The position numbers were made by a program, and so were the translations under genes. The notes beneath the pieces are model-generated. The model searched no databases, had not been told where the DNA came from, and worked only from the letters and a program-made list of their open reading frames with translations. A stretch of DNA of 64,000 nucleotides, from positions 160,001-224,000 of the forward strand of contig JBBIRK010000006.1 of NCBI GenBank assembly GCA_037441845.1. The letters are read 5' to 3'. Every line of letters starts with the position of its first letter. Position 1 is the first letter of the stretch. Positions 9,355 through 19,739 of this stretch are shown here, piece after piece. This stretch comes from Candidatus Zixiibacteriota bacterium. GTDB taxonomy: Bacteria; Zixibacteria; MSB-5A5; UBA10806; 4484-95.

Positions 9355-10349
9355 CACTTGTCCTTTTCCATAGGCAATCCAGAGGCCTTGATCTTGTCGG
9401 CGAATTCTTCTTCCCACTCCTCGTAAGTGTGCACTTTAACCGGATAATCCCACGGATTGATATGCCGCCGGCTTCGGCTGTCATTGGGCATATTGCGCGT
9501 AGGGGATAAGAATACTCCGCCCATATGCATCAGTTTGCCATAAGGGAAATACGCCACCAATACACAAACCAAAAACAGGTGCAAGTAAAATAAAACTCCC
9601 AACCCGTCCGGCACGACCGGATTGAAACTGACAAGCCCCATCGCCAACTCTTTGACCGCCACGATATCGGTCTTGAAAAAATACCTCATCAACACTCCGG
9701 TCACCGCGATCGATCCGATCAGAAGCAAGGGAAAATAATCCGCGAAAAGGGAAAAATACCGCAGTTGAGCCGAAAACAACCGCCGCAAAAACAAAAAAGT
9801 CAATGCCGCCAGCAGCGTGATATTAGTGATATATATAATCGGCACCCCGATCTGGAAAAAGCCGTCGATACTTTGCAACAGTTTGACGAATCCCGGCACG
9901 GGCTCGGCGAAATAACGGTAATGACGCAGAAAGACGATTAAAAACGACCAATGAAAAACGAGTCCGCCCAACCATAACCACTTGTTGGCGCTGTAGGTCA
10001 ATTTCGGTCCCGTCCTCAATTCGGCTTTGGTGTTCCGAAACAGCGAACGGAACAGCAGCACTTCGAGCGCCATGCGGACTATTACTCCCAACTTGGAACT
10101 CGGGTTGTCGATTTTATTCGATTTTATCCAGGGAAGGGAGGTCTGCTGGCCGCAAGTGGTTGTGATTTTGAACGGCACCGGCGATTTAGACCAGCCGATC
10201 ACCCGATAGACCACACCGGCAAAAAACGCCGCAATCGCCGCATAAGGGATTACCACCCCGAACAGTGATTGCAATCGCAGCATTCCCGACCCGATCAAAG
10301 CAATCGCTATCAAACCACCGGCCGCCAGAAAAGATACGAAGGCATTCAT
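9354..10349 (-). CDS. dsrM: DsrM, NarI-like diheme cytochrome b
   Basis: PVPFKITTTCGQQ, EVLLFRSLFRN, FHWSF..V.LRH, HLFLV...YFP.GKLMH. Confidence 0.95.
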   Translation of the reverse strand: MNAFVSFLAAGGLIAIALIGSGMLRLQSLFGVVIPYAAIAAFFAGVVYRVIGWSKSPVPFKITTTCGQQTSLPWIKSNKIDNPSSKLGVIVRMALEVLLFRSLFRNTKAELRTGPKLTYSANKWLWLGGLVFHWSFLIVFLRHYRYFAEPVPGFVKLLQSIDGFFQIGVPIIYITNITLLAALTFLFLRRLFSAQLRYFSLFADYFPLLLIGSIAVTGVLMRYFFKTDIVAVKELAMGLVSFNPVVPDGLGVLFYLHLFLVCVLVAYFPYGKLMHMGGVFLSPTRNMPNDSRSRRHINPWDYPVKVHTYEEWEEEFADKIKASGLPMEKDK

Positions 10350-10397
10350 GGTCCGACGACCTTTCTTCTGGGGCGATTTGGAATTTCAGCCATACGC

Positions 10398-10916
10398 TTA
10401 TACCTCGTCTTGAATATCGTTGCTTTCGAGAAGACACGCTCTATCGAGCAGTTTCTGATATCTGCGCTTGAATTCGTTTATTTTAATCCGACCCAGCTGT
10501 TCCCGGCATTCCATGTAAATATCGAAACAATTCAGCGCGATTTCGTCGATCTTTTCGGATATGCGGGCATATTCCTTCCGGGTTTCGTGATCCTCCAGAT
10601 CGACCGCAAGTTCCTCGCTTATTATTTTTTTCAATTGAAATATGAAACCGAGCGCCCGCGATGGATCGAAATCCTGCACCGCCCTGATCTTGATCAGCTC
10701 GATCGGCAATTTCCCGTCGTGATCGCCGCTGTCCAACAACCGGTCGTAAATGCAGGCCAAGTTTTCTTTCATGGTGTGACCGACCGGATTCAGAAATCGA
10801 TCGCGTTGATTTTTAAGGTGCGCCCTGGCGCGCGGCTCATAAGTGGCCACGACACTGTCGGTCCATTTGTCGAGAATCCCTTCTCGGCGTTGCCGCAGCA
10901 GATTCAAAAGCGACAT
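10398..10916 (-). CDS. dsrT: DsrT (RsbRD N-terminal domain protein)
   Basis: DRFLNPVG, IKIRAVQDFDPSRALGFIFQLK and FDIYMECRE motifs; directly upstream of dsrM. Confidence 0.92.
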   Translation of the reverse strand: MSLLNLLRQRREGILDKWTDSVVATYEPRARAHLKNQRDRFLNPVGHTMKENLACIYDRLLDSGDHDGKLPIELIKIRAVQDFDPSRALGFIFQLKKIISEELAVDLEDHETRKEYARISEKIDEIALNCFDIYMECREQLGRIKINEFKRRYQKLLDRACLLESNDIQDEV

Positions 10917-10952
10917 CGCTCAAACACCGCCCTTTCGGCCCGATATCGACCT

Positions 10953-10998
10953 GTTAAAATGGGGTTTCCGGGAAACTCCATTTTAACCCGAAAACCCC
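10953..10998 (-). promoter_or_regulatory. Structured RNA element (two competing hairpins) between dsrC and dsrT
   Basis: Inverted repeat GTTAAAATGGGGTTTCC-G-GGAAACTCCATTTTAAC (10953-10987). An alternative 12-bp helix can form between 10987-10998 and 10961-10972. Confidence 0.6.
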
Positions 10999-11017
10999 GC
11001 GAAATTACAAGCAGCGA

Positions 11018-11335
11018 TTAAACGCAGCCGGTCGGTTTCGCCAATCCGGCGACCTTGCAGGCTCCCTTGGCCGGTCCCGAGGGAAACAGCTCGTAGATCT
11101 CTTTCAGCGAAAATCCGGTTTCCTTGCAGAGCTTGCGGATCATCGGCGCGATACCGAATTTCTGATAATAATCGCGCAGATAGTTGACTACCTTCCAGTG
11201 CTTTTCCGTCATTTCGGTTACGCCCTCGGCACCGGCGAGCGCTCTGGCTACATCCTCATTCCATTTATCCATTTCCTGGATAAACCCGTCCTCATCAACC
11301 TCGATTCTCACGTTTCCTGCTTCGAAAATCGGCAT
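11018..11335 (-). CDS. dsrC: DsrC sulfur carrier with both conserved cysteines
   Basis: VDEDGF, HWKVVNYLRDYY, APMIRKLCK, and C-terminal GACKVAGLAKPTGCV (C-x10-C-V). Confidence 0.97.
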   Translation of the reverse strand: MPIFEAGNVRIEVDEDGFIQEMDKWNEDVARALAGAEGVTEMTEKHWKVVNYLRDYYQKFGIAPMIRKLCKETGFSLKEIYELFPSGPAKGACKVAGLAKPTGCV

Positions 11336-11376
11336 TTCATTCCTCCATTCTTTTTATTTTTTATCTTGATTGTTGG

Positions 11377-13059
11377 CTAATGCATCTCGATATATCCACA
11401 GGGACAATTCTCCGCGCATTTCTTGCAGCCGTTGCAAAACTCGAGTTTGAATTTATACTCCTGCCCCCGCACTAAAGGCTTAACGATCGCGTTGTCCTGG
11501 CATAGACTCCAGCAGGTTCCGCAATCGAAACAAAGGCCGCAGCTCATGCAACGCTTCGATTCTGCCACCGCCTCCTCGAACGTCAACGTGCTGGTGATCT
11601 CGGCGTCGAGGCTTTTCAGCCTTTCTTCAACCGGAAGCTGTTTCGCTTTGACCGGGTGCGCCTCGGGGAAATAAGTATGAGCCATCTTGTCCAACGTTAT
11701 CAAATCCAGCTTTTCCGGCACGCGGATCGGGTTATTCGAAATCAATTCGTCGATCGCCAGCGCCGCCATCCGCCCGTGATAAATCGCGGTGATCACCAAC
11801 CCCAGTTCGATATCGTCTCCGCCGGAATAAGTCCCAGCGTCCCTGGTCTGACCCTTTTCGTCAACCTTGATCCAATCTTTTCCATCTATCAATTTGTCCA
11901 ACCCGGTGAAATCCGGCTCCTGGCTTATCGCCGCTATAAGAGTGGAAAATTTCAAGTCGAACGTGTCACCTTCGATTGGAACCGGCCGCCTTCTTCCCGA
12001 TGAGTCAGGTTCACCCAATTGCATCCTCTGACATTTGGCGCCGACCGCTTTGCCGTTTTCCTGATAAATTTCTATCGGAGCCGCAAGATATTCGATAGCC
12101 ACGCCCTCTTCCTCGGCGCCATCGATTTCCTCGCAGATCGCCGGCATCTCCGCTCTGGTGCGGCGGTATAAAATCGTGGCTTTGGCGCCCAATCTGCGGG
12201 CTACACGAGCGGCATCTATAGCGGTGTCACCGCCGCCGATCACCACCACATGATCTCCGACATCGAGCTTTTCGCCGGTGTTTATCCGGTGAAGAAACGC
12301 CGTTCCCGTAAAAACGTTGGGGGCATCTTCACCCTTAATCCGAAGTTTAATCCCTTGATGCGCTCCGATCCCCACGAAAATCGCCTTGTAATCTTGTTTC
12401 AGCTTATCGTAGGCGATATCTTTGCCGACGATGGTGTTCGTTTTGAGTTCCACTCCCAGGTCGACTATCCGCTGTATTTCGGCGTCGAGAACATGCTGCG
12501 GCAGGCGATAGTCCGGTATCCCGTAGCGAAGCATACCGCCCGTCTTCGGAAACGCCTCGAATACCGTAACCGGATAACCGCGGCGGGCAAGCTGGTAAGC
12601 GCAAGACATACCGGCGGGGCCGGAACCGATTACCGCTATTTTCTCGGCCTTTTTCGTTTCGCTGATCAGTCTGGGCTTGAGGTTTTTGGATAATCCATAG
12701 TCGCCTATAAATCTCTCGATATTATTGATCCCGACCGCGCCTTCTTTATCCTTGCGATTACACTGGCTTTCGCATGGGTGTGGGCAAACCCGGCCGCATA
12801 CCGAAGGGAACGGGGTCGTTTCGAGAAATATGTAGAACGCTTTCGCCAGGGTTTCATCGTAACTCTGACCGAAATCCTCGGTTCTCGAAATCGCCGTGAT
12901 CATCTCCCGAATTCTGTTGTGATTCGGACAGGTATTTATGCATGGCGGCATCTTTTCCACCAGCTTGGGGCGCAATGGGGAGGTCTCTACGCTCGAGCCC
13001 CCCGACGATCGCGAAAGACTTCGCAAACCGGTTTTGGTTTTTTTGACTATTTTAGCCAT
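11377..13059 (-). CDS. dsrL: DsrL iron-sulfur flavoprotein, DsrL-2 (NADP(H))-type
   Basis: PPC...CP, CGRVCPHPCE..CNR, IGSGPAG, IGGGDTAID, YRRTR; C-terminal RCMSCGLCFDCGTCW..C and CNGCKKCAENCPCG; located inside the dsr operon. Confidence 0.92.
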   Translation of the reverse strand: MAKIVKKTKTGLRSLSRSSGGSSVETSPLRPKLVEKMPPCINTCPNHNRIREMITAISRTEDFGQSYDETLAKAFYIFLETTPFPSVCGRVCPHPCESQCNRKDKEGAVGINNIERFIGDYGLSKNLKPRLISETKKAEKIAVIGSGPAGMSCAYQLARRGYPVTVFEAFPKTGGMLRYGIPDYRLPQHVLDAEIQRIVDLGVELKTNTIVGKDIAYDKLKQDYKAIFVGIGAHQGIKLRIKGEDAPNVFTGTAFLHRINTGEKLDVGDHVVVIGGGDTAIDAARVARRLGAKATILYRRTRAEMPAICEEIDGAEEEGVAIEYLAAPIEIYQENGKAVGAKCQRMQLGEPDSSGRRRPVPIEGDTFDLKFSTLIAAISQEPDFTGLDKLIDGKDWIKVDEKGQTRDAGTYSGGDDIELGLVITAIYHGRMAALAIDELISNNPIRVPEKLDLITLDKMAHTYFPEAHPVKAKQLPVEERLKSLDAEITSTLTFEEAVAESKRCMSCGLCFDCGTCWSLCQDNAIVKPLVRGQEYKFKLEFCNGCKKCAENCPCGYIEMH

Positions 13060-13074
13060 GATCGACTCTCTTTA

Positions 13075-14526
13075 TTATAATGCTTTTTTTAACGCAGGTT
13101 TATTTTCACTGTTCAGGCGGTTCGCAGCAGCTGCCTTCTGCTTATATTCAATCGCCTTTTGCACGAATGCGGGCGCCCACGATTTGACACCTTCGGCATG
13201 GATATGCAGATAACTTGCCATCGAGTTTTTGAAGACGATGCCGTCGCGTTTTCCCCCCAAGCCGGTTCCGATCTTCAGCCCCAGGCAGGTTGTATACTCA
13301 TTATTCGAAAAATCCAGCGGATATGTATAATGAAATTCATGTCCCTTGATTATAGTGCCCCGCTCGTAATAAGGATTATCTTTATCTACGACAGCCACCT
13401 CATAGCCGTGGCCGGCCGGTTTATCGCCGATACCGAGTCTTAAATTCAAAATCGAGGCCATCGGGTAACTCGCATGGTCCAATTCCAAGCTTTTTGATAG
13501 ATAAATAAGGCCGCCGCATTCGGCGTAGATCGGCATGCCGCTTTCCGCCGCCTGTCGCACCGATTCCATCATGCTTTTATTCGAGGCCAACCGCGCGGCG
13601 TGCGTTTCGGGGAATCCTCCCCCGATATAGAGGCCGTCCAGCTCCGGCAGACGGGGCTCGTCCAAAGGCGAAACCGCAATGAGTTCGGCTCCAAAACGCC
13701 TTAAAGCCTCCAGATTTTCAGGATAATAAAAGGTGAAAGAAGAATCCGCGAAATAACCGATTCTTGCTTTTTTCGGAATATCTTCCGGAATTTCCGCGAA
13801 AACGTTGTGTTTGATCTCCATCGCCGGCGCCTGCGCAGCCACCTTGATCAATTCATCGATCTCTATGAATTCGCCGCCGATTTGCATTGTTTTTTCTTCC
13901 AGTTTTTCCATCTTCCCGAATTCGTCCGGAGGTATCAGCCCGAGGTGCCGCTGAGGAATCAAATGATCGTGTTCGGTAAATGACGGGATCGCTCCCAGAA
14001 CGGGGATTCCGCAATACTTGGCTATCGATTCCTGGATTACCTTACGGTGTCTGGCGCCGGCCACTTTATTGAGGATAACCCCTTTAATCTGCAGTTTTTT
14101 GTCGAAATCGAGACACCCTTTCAGCAGTGCGGCGATGGTTCTCGTGGTTTTGGCGGCATTGATCACCAGAACCACCGGCGACTGAATCAGTTTGGCCAGC
14201 TCGGCCGTGCTGTTTACCCCCGATTCATCTCTGCCGTCGAAAATTCCCCGGTTGCCCTCGACAACCGCGATATCGCAATCGCTTGATCTCGAAACGAACG
14301 ATCTCCATACCAATTCGGGTTCTGCCATGAAGGTGTCGAGGTTGTAGCAGCTTCGCCCGGCGATTTTACCCAGCCAGGCTGAATCGATATAATCCGGCCC
14401 CTTTTTGAATACCGCCGTCCTCAGGCCGCGGCGACGCAGAGCCGCCACGGCGCTGAGACAAACTATCGTCTTGCCGGAATCGCCGGACAAACCGGCGATC
14501 ACCAGCCGGGGCAATTCAAACCGCAT
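13075..14526 (-). CDS. dsrN: DsrN, cobyrinate a,c-diamide synthase-like siroheme amidase
   Basis: GDSGKT, FKKGPDYID, EGNRG, RHLGL, FTFYYPEN, GGGFPE, AECGG, GHEFHY, YLHIH. Confidence 0.93.
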   Translation of the reverse strand: MRFELPRLVIAGLSGDSGKTIVCLSAVAALRRRGLRTAVFKKGPDYIDSAWLGKIAGRSCYNLDTFMAEPELVWRSFVSRSSDCDIAVVEGNRGIFDGRDESGVNSTAELAKLIQSPVVLVINAAKTTRTIAALLKGCLDFDKKLQIKGVILNKVAGARHRKVIQESIAKYCGIPVLGAIPSFTEHDHLIPQRHLGLIPPDEFGKMEKLEEKTMQIGGEFIEIDELIKVAAQAPAMEIKHNVFAEIPEDIPKKARIGYFADSSFTFYYPENLEALRRFGAELIAVSPLDEPRLPELDGLYIGGGFPETHAARLASNKSMMESVRQAAESGMPIYAECGGLIYLSKSLELDHASYPMASILNLRLGIGDKPAGHGYEVAVVDKDNPYYERGTIIKGHEFHYTYPLDFSNNEYTTCLGLKIGTGLGGKRDGIVFKNSMASYLHIHAEGVKSWAPAFVQKAIEYKQKAAAANRLNSENKPALKKAL

Positions 14527-14554
14527 CGAGGAAATCCTCCGGAACGATCCGGAT

Positions 14555-14800
14555 TTAATCGTTGGCCGCGCCTTCTTTATGCGGCAATTCGATAAAACTG
14601 CCGCCGAAATAAGTGTAAACGCAGCGGCCGGAATTCATCAGCTCTTTAATGGCTTCTTTGCAGAGCTGTTTGTCGACCTCGTCGCCGTAGAGCTCGATCA
14701 TGGCCTTGGTCAGATCGGTCGCTTTCAGCTTCTTTTGACCGGTCGATTCCTTGACCAATTTGTACATCGCATCGGCGATTTCACTTACGGTTTTAGCCAC
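14555..14800 (-). CDS. dsrD: DsrD, small winged-helix protein
   Basis: 81 aa, GTG start after GAGGAG, immediately after dsrB; CKEAIKELMNSGRCVYTYFGGS resembles the DsrD C-terminal motif. Confidence 0.82.
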   Translation of the reverse strand: MAKTVSEIADAMYKLVKESTGQKKLKATDLTKAMIELYGDEVDKQLCKEAIKELMNSGRCVYTYFGGSFIELPHKEGAAND

Positions 14801-14812
14801 TTAAATTACTCC

Positions 14813-15895
14813 TCAAAAGGTTAAATGCGTCGAACGCTTAAAGGTCAGGCCGGCATGCTTGAAATCATCGATATGCTCTTTGCGGAATTCTATTCCGGCC
14901 ATCCTGAAAAAGCGCGGCCAGCCGATACGCTCGATCCATTCGCCCATGCGTTCGTATTTCTTGGCATTCTTGGCCCAGAGCTCGACGATGTTCTTGACTG
15001 CGCTGGTAACCTCGGGCCAACGCGGCGGATTGTTGGGCAAGAACGGTATCGCCAGCTTCGAAAACATCGGCTCATGTCTGGCATTGGACACTTTGCCGCC
15101 TACCCAGATAGATACGCCGTCGTTGAGCGGATCGTTCAATTTCATGGCCGGGCAGACGGTATAGCAGTTGGCGCAGAACATGCAGCGCTCTTCGATAACC
15201 TCAACCGATGGCTTGCCGTTCACCGTCGCCGGTCTGATCGCCGCCGTCGGGCAGGAGGCGCTGACATTGGGAATTTCGCAGATGTTTTTCAAATTGTCAT
15301 GGTCTATTTTCGGCGGCCTGCGATGTATCCCGAGAATCGCGATATCCGAACAATGCACCGCGCCGCACATATTGAGGCAGCAGGCGAGCGCGATCCGTAG
15401 TTTGCCGGGCAGCTTCATGTTCTCGAAATAGTCGATCAATTCGTCCATCACCGATTTGACGATGCCCGAAGCGTCGGTGGCGGCCGAGTGGCAATGGATC
15501 CACCCCTGGGTGTGCACGATACTCGAAATCGAGTTCTGAATTCCGCCGACCGGATGGCCGAGCGCTTTTACTTCTTTGATCAATGGCTCGATATTTTCCG
15601 GCTTGGTGAGCAGAAATTCCACGTTATGCCGGCTGGTGAAACGCAGATAGCCGTCGCAGTATTTATCCGCCAGATCGGCATACATCCTGATTTTCTGAAT
15701 GCTCAGCAACCGCGGCGACCCCACCCGAACTGAGTAAAGTTTATCGCCGCTTTCGGCCACATGGACCATCACCCCGGGTTTTATGACCTCATGATATCTC
15801 CATTTGCCGTAATTCTTCTTGATAATGGGCGGCAAAAATTTCTCGTAATGCGGCGGACCAATATCGGTTTTTCTTGCCTGTGCTGTTTCTGCCAT
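14813..15895 (-). CDS. dsrB: Dissimilatory sulfite reductase beta subunit
   Basis: [68 protein letters not shown]. Confidence 0.98.
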   Translation of the reverse strand: MAETAQARKTDIGPPHYEKFLPPIIKKNYGKWRYHEVIKPGVMVHVAESGDKLYSVRVGSPRLLSIQKIRMYADLADKYCDGYLRFTSRHNVEFLLTKPENIEPLIKEVKALGHPVGGIQNSISSIVHTQGWIHCHSAATDASGIVKSVMDELIDYFENMKLPGKLRIALACCLNMCGAVHCSDIAILGIHRRPPKIDHDNLKNICEIPNVSASCPTAAIRPATVNGKPSVEVIEERCMFCANCYTVCPAMKLNDPLNDGVSIWVGGKVSNARHEPMFSKLAIPFLPNNPPRWPEVTSAVKNIVELWAKNAKKYERMGEWIERIGWPRFFRMAGIEFRKEHIDDFKHAGLTFKRSTHLTF

Positions 15896-15932
15896 GGTTT
15901 ACCTCTATTTTTATCGCTTTCCTTCCTGTTTA

Positions 15933-17138
15933 TTACTTCTCTTCTTCGCTCTCGTCCTCTTCGAAATACTCCTCATAGAACACATAGGGGTTTTCGCGTG
16001 GATGAGCGACCATTTCGGGGATCGGTTCCACCCCTATGGCCTCGAGGAAATTCCCCATACCGACGCGTTGGATGAATTCCCCGACACGCTCCCGGTTTTT
16101 CCCTTCCTCACTCCAGATCTCCCAGATTTTGGCCAGAAGTTCCTTGATCTCGGTGTAGGGCGGCTCGATCTTTATAAAGGGGACTATCACCGATGACAAC
16201 AGCGCGCCTTCGATAATGGGTGCCTTGGAACCGAGCAACAGCGCCGCGCCTCTGTCTTTTCCCGGCCGAAGCGCTTTGGGCATGACATTTATGCAGTGCA
16301 TGCAGCGGCGGCAGTAGCTGTTATCGATATGGAGCTCCTTGCCGTCCCAATCCATGCACTTGGCGGGGCAATTATCGACCACTTCCGAGCGGATATCCAT
16401 TCCTTTGGCGGCATATTCTTTAACCGCTTCCTTATCGACCTGAATGCTGTCGCGCCAAATCCCGATCACCGACAAATCGGCTCGGGCGATCGATGCCACG
16501 CAATCGTTCGGACAACCCGACATTTTAAGTTTGAACTTATAGGGAAACGCCGGCCGGTGAAGCTCATCCTGAAAAGCCATCGTTAGGTCGTAAGTCAACG
16601 CCAGCGTGTCGTAACAAGCCCATTCGCAGCGGGCGGGACCGACACAGCAACTCGGCGTCCTTACATCTGACCCGGAGCCGCCCAAATCGAATCCGGCCTG
16701 AGTCAATTCGGAAAATATCGGTTCCAACTCGGCCGTCTGGGTGCCCAGGAAAATAATATCGCCGGTGGAGCCGTGCATGTTGGTCAATCCCGAGCCGTGT
16801 TTTTCCCATATATTGCAAAGCGTGCGCAGCGCCTCGGAGGTGTAAAACCAACCCGACGGCTGATTTATACGGATCGTATGGAAATGTGAGATGTGGGGGA
16901 ACTTATCCGGCAGATCGGAATAGCGGCCTATGACTCCGCCGCCGTATCCCATCACGCCCACGATCCCTCCGTGTTTCCAGTGCCCGATTCGCTCGTTGTA
17001 TGATTGCTCGAGCTGGCCGAGAAGATCGGTCGCCATCGGGCTTTTCTGGGAGGCAAGCTTGATTTCCTTGACGAAACTCGGCCATCGGCCTTTCTCGAGT
17101 TCGTCAAGCTTGGGTGTCTTGTAATGATTATCGGCCAT
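15933..17138 (-). CDS. dsrA: Dissimilatory sulfite reductase alpha subunit
   Basis: [64 protein letters not shown]. Confidence 0.98.
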   Translation of the reverse strand: MADNHYKTPKLDELEKGRWPSFVKEIKLASQKSPMATDLLGQLEQSYNERIGHWKHGGIVGVMGYGGGVIGRYSDLPDKFPHISHFHTIRINQPSGWFYTSEALRTLCNIWEKHGSGLTNMHGSTGDIIFLGTQTAELEPIFSELTQAGFDLGGSGSDVRTPSCCVGPARCEWACYDTLALTYDLTMAFQDELHRPAFPYKFKLKMSGCPNDCVASIARADLSVIGIWRDSIQVDKEAVKEYAAKGMDIRSEVVDNCPAKCMDWDGKELHIDNSYCRRCMHCINVMPKALRPGKDRGAALLLGSKAPIIEGALLSSVIVPFIKIEPPYTEIKELLAKIWEIWSEEGKNRERVGEFIQRVGMGNFLEAIGVEPIPEMVAHPRENPYVFYEEYFEEDESEEEK

Positions 17139-17326
17139 CGTTTCTCCTTACACCATTATGGTTGATTCTTTATTATCTTCCGATTTCTTCGAACAGCGCC
17201 CGGCAGCGGCCATGTTCGCCTCCTCGGGCATAAATTGCAGATTTCATCCTGTCCGCTCCGCTCTCCGACCGGCCAACCGCCTTCCAATCATAGATAGTTA
17301 ACCCGACGCCGCCAGTCAAGAACTAT

Positions 17327-17344
17327 TTGTGAAATTTTTCATTA
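17327..17344. promoter_or_regulatory. Rex-like operator upstream of dsrA
   Basis: TTGTGAA-ATTT-TTCATTA, 2 mismatches to TTGTGAA-N4-TTCACAA; next to a minus-strand TTGACT at 17314-17319. Confidence 0.6.
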
Positions 17345-17500
17345 TCTTATTTCGGCTGCGACCCCTTTTCTCATTCATAAGATTCGCTATTTTTGGCTTC
17401 AACGTTTCAGCCAGATTATAGCATCTAAACATGGACAATCAAACTTATTTTTATCCCGATACGACCGCCGATCACCATTTGCGTTGACTTTCCATCGTAA

Positions 17501-19738
17501 CTACATGCCTTTATATGGATTAGGCCCGATCTTGTCAATCTCCTCGAGAAATCCGTCGAAAATCTCCGGGATTTTCCGATAGTCGCTTATAGCCAACTCA
17601 TGCAGCCTGACCCGTTCCTCCTCCAGCACCAACTGCTTCAATTTCTCCCGTACGTTCGACATCCGCGTTGCCGCCAGCTCGCTTCCCCTGATAAAGTGGC
17701 ATTGGTAATCATCGCCCTTTTTGCAACCGATAAGCAGCACGCCGTCGAATCCGCTGGCCAAAGCATCGCTGACCCAGACGGTATTCATCGAACCCAGGCA
17801 TCGCAAAGGGATTAATCGAATCATCGCATTGTAACGCAATCGCATCAATCCGGCCATATCCACCGATGGCAAAGCGTCGTTTTCGCAGATAAAAGCCAAA
17901 ATCCGCGGTTTTTCCTCGAACTCGTCGGGAATGTGGATCGATTTGATCATCTGCGACATCATGTTCACGTTGTAGTTCTTGAACGAGATTATCCGCTCGG
18001 GACAGGCGCCCATGCAGACGCCGCAGCGCCGGCAACGGAATGGATTGGGAAGCGGTGTTCCTTTTTCGTCCTCGTCGAGAGTCCCAAAAGGGCACTCCTC
18101 AGTGCACCGCTTGCACTGGGTGCATCGCTGCATGAAAAATTCCGGAAAACTTGCATCTCCCGACCGCGGATGCACGGCCAGCCCCCGGGATACCGCCTCG
18201 ACCGCCTGAATCGCTTTCAACGCCGCCCCGTAGGCATCATCGCGGCTCTCGGCGAATCCCATCGGGGCCCGCACCGCCCCGCAGGCGTAGATCGCCGTCC
18301 GCCTGGTTTCATAGGGAAAACAGATATAATGGGAATCGGGAAAGCCGTATTTGAGGGTGGGGAGATCTGTTCCTTGACGGTAAGTCAAATTGATTATTTT
18401 CGCCCCCTTCTCGGCGCCTGCCGCTTCCTTTTTGCCATCGGCGGTGGTGGCTGTTTGATCGCCTGCGGTATCGCCGACGGATTCCTCCTCGAGCGTCTCG
18501 ACTTTCGTGGCTGGAACCATCCCCGTGGCCAGGACTACCAAATCCGCCTTGATAGAAATGCTTTCCCCCAAGAGCGTGTCAGTCGCTGTAACCAGTATTT
18601 TCCCCGAATTATCTTTGGCGACTTCCTTGATTTCGCCTTTGGTGAAAAATACGGCGTCATCGTCCTGAACCTGCGCATAAAACAGCTCTTGCTGGGCAGG
18701 AGTCCGCATATCCTTGTAAATAATATAGATTTTTGTGTCGGGATAGCTTCGCCTTATATACAGGGCCTGTTTCAAGGTGACCAAACAACAAACCGACGAA
18801 CAATAGGGGAGATGGTTCTCGTCGCGTGAGCCGGCGCACTGAATGAAAACCACGCTTTCAGGTTTCTTGCCGTCCGATGGCCGTTTTATTCCCCCGTTGC
18901 CCATCATCCGCTCGATATCGACGTTGGTCACGACGTCCGGGGAAATTCCGTAACCCAGATGCGTCAGTTTGCCGGGGTCGTAGGCGCGCCAGCCGGCCGC
19001 CAAAATTATCGCTCCGACCTCGATCTGTTTGCCGCCGGATTCGTTTTTCAAAGTAACGGCGAATTTGCCGGGCTGCCCGCTGGTTTTTTCGACGACGGTT
19101 GACGTGTAAACTTGAATGTTTTTGTTTGAATTCACCTTTTGCAGAAGGTCTTGCAGCCCGGTATCATCGAGGTTCGAATAAGGGGAAATACGAGGGTATG
19201 ATTTCGTAGTTTTCGCCGCCCAGCCGCCGAGCTCTTTTTCTTTTTCGATCAGCACCGCCTGATAACCGGCCTCGGCCACGGCCAGAGCCGCCTGTAAACC
19301 GCTCATTCCGCCGCCGATCACCATGATCGATTTGCTGGTCGGTTCGATATACGGCTCGGGCGGTTCCGAATTCTGCAGCCTGGCTATTCCCATTCTGATA
19401 TAATCCTCGGCCAGCATCTGCGTATCTTCGTCGTTGGGTGCATGAGACCAGGCTACCTGTTCGCGCAAACTGATTCTATCGGTTAAGACATCCTTACCGA
19501 AATCAAACAGTTCCGTAAATACGCGGCCCGAACAGGCGGCGATCGCCACCCGGTTGAGATTCTCGGCCTTGATATCGTCCTTTATCGATTCGACCGTTTC
19601 TTTGGCGCACAGAACGGCGTGCGATTTGCAAACGGCGGCTTTTCCACCCTTGGCCGCCTCAGCGACGAGTTTTTCGATATCGATTGCTTTTTCGATATCA
19701 CAGCCACGGCAAATATAAACTCCAATTTTCGTGTCCAT
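17501..19738 (-). CDS. qmoB: QmoB (HdrA-like FAD/Fe-S domain plus ferredoxin and MvhD-like domains)
   Basis: IGGGMSG, FIQCAGSRDENHLPYCSSVCC, CTQCKRCTEECP, CRRCGVCMGACP, and C-terminal FICEND...RCLGS...GCKKGDDYQCHF. Confidence 0.94.
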   Translation of the reverse strand: MDTKIGVYICRGCDIEKAIDIEKLVAEAAKGGKAAVCKSHAVLCAKETVESIKDDIKAENLNRVAIAACSGRVFTELFDFGKDVLTDRISLREQVAWSHAPNDEDTQMLAEDYIRMGIARLQNSEPPEPYIEPTSKSIMVIGGGMSGLQAALAVAEAGYQAVLIEKEKELGGWAAKTTKSYPRISPYSNLDDTGLQDLLQKVNSNKNIQVYTSTVVEKTSGQPGKFAVTLKNESGGKQIEVGAIILAAGWRAYDPGKLTHLGYGISPDVVTNVDIERMMGNGGIKRPSDGKKPESVVFIQCAGSRDENHLPYCSSVCCLVTLKQALYIRRSYPDTKIYIIYKDMRTPAQQELFYAQVQDDDAVFFTKGEIKEVAKDNSGKILVTATDTLLGESISIKADLVVLATGMVPATKVETLEEESVGDTAGDQTATTADGKKEAAGAEKGAKIINLTYRQGTDLPTLKYGFPDSHYICFPYETRRTAIYACGAVRAPMGFAESRDDAYGAALKAIQAVEAVSRGLAVHPRSGDASFPEFFMQRCTQCKRCTEECPFGTLDEDEKGTPLPNPFRCRRCGVCMGACPERIISFKNYNVNMMSQMIKSIHIPDEFEEKPRILAFICENDALPSVDMAGLMRLRYNAMIRLIPLRCLGSMNTVWVSDALASGFDGVLLIGCKKGDDYQCHFIRGSELAATRMSNVREKLKQLVLEEERVRLHELAISDYRKIPEIFDGFLEEIDKIGPNPYKGM

Positions 19739-19739
19739 C

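Noticed and set aside
9355..9417. N-terminal extensions given by the ORF track (dsrK, and similarly the ORFs starting at 27941, 29554, 50249, 60832 and 62900)
   Set aside because: They overlap upstream genes or promoters; downstream starts have RBS or stop-start coupling and match family N-termini.
18410..18500. Acidic low-complexity insertion in QmoB
   Set aside because: Looks like a variable surface loop; no intein or repeat signature.
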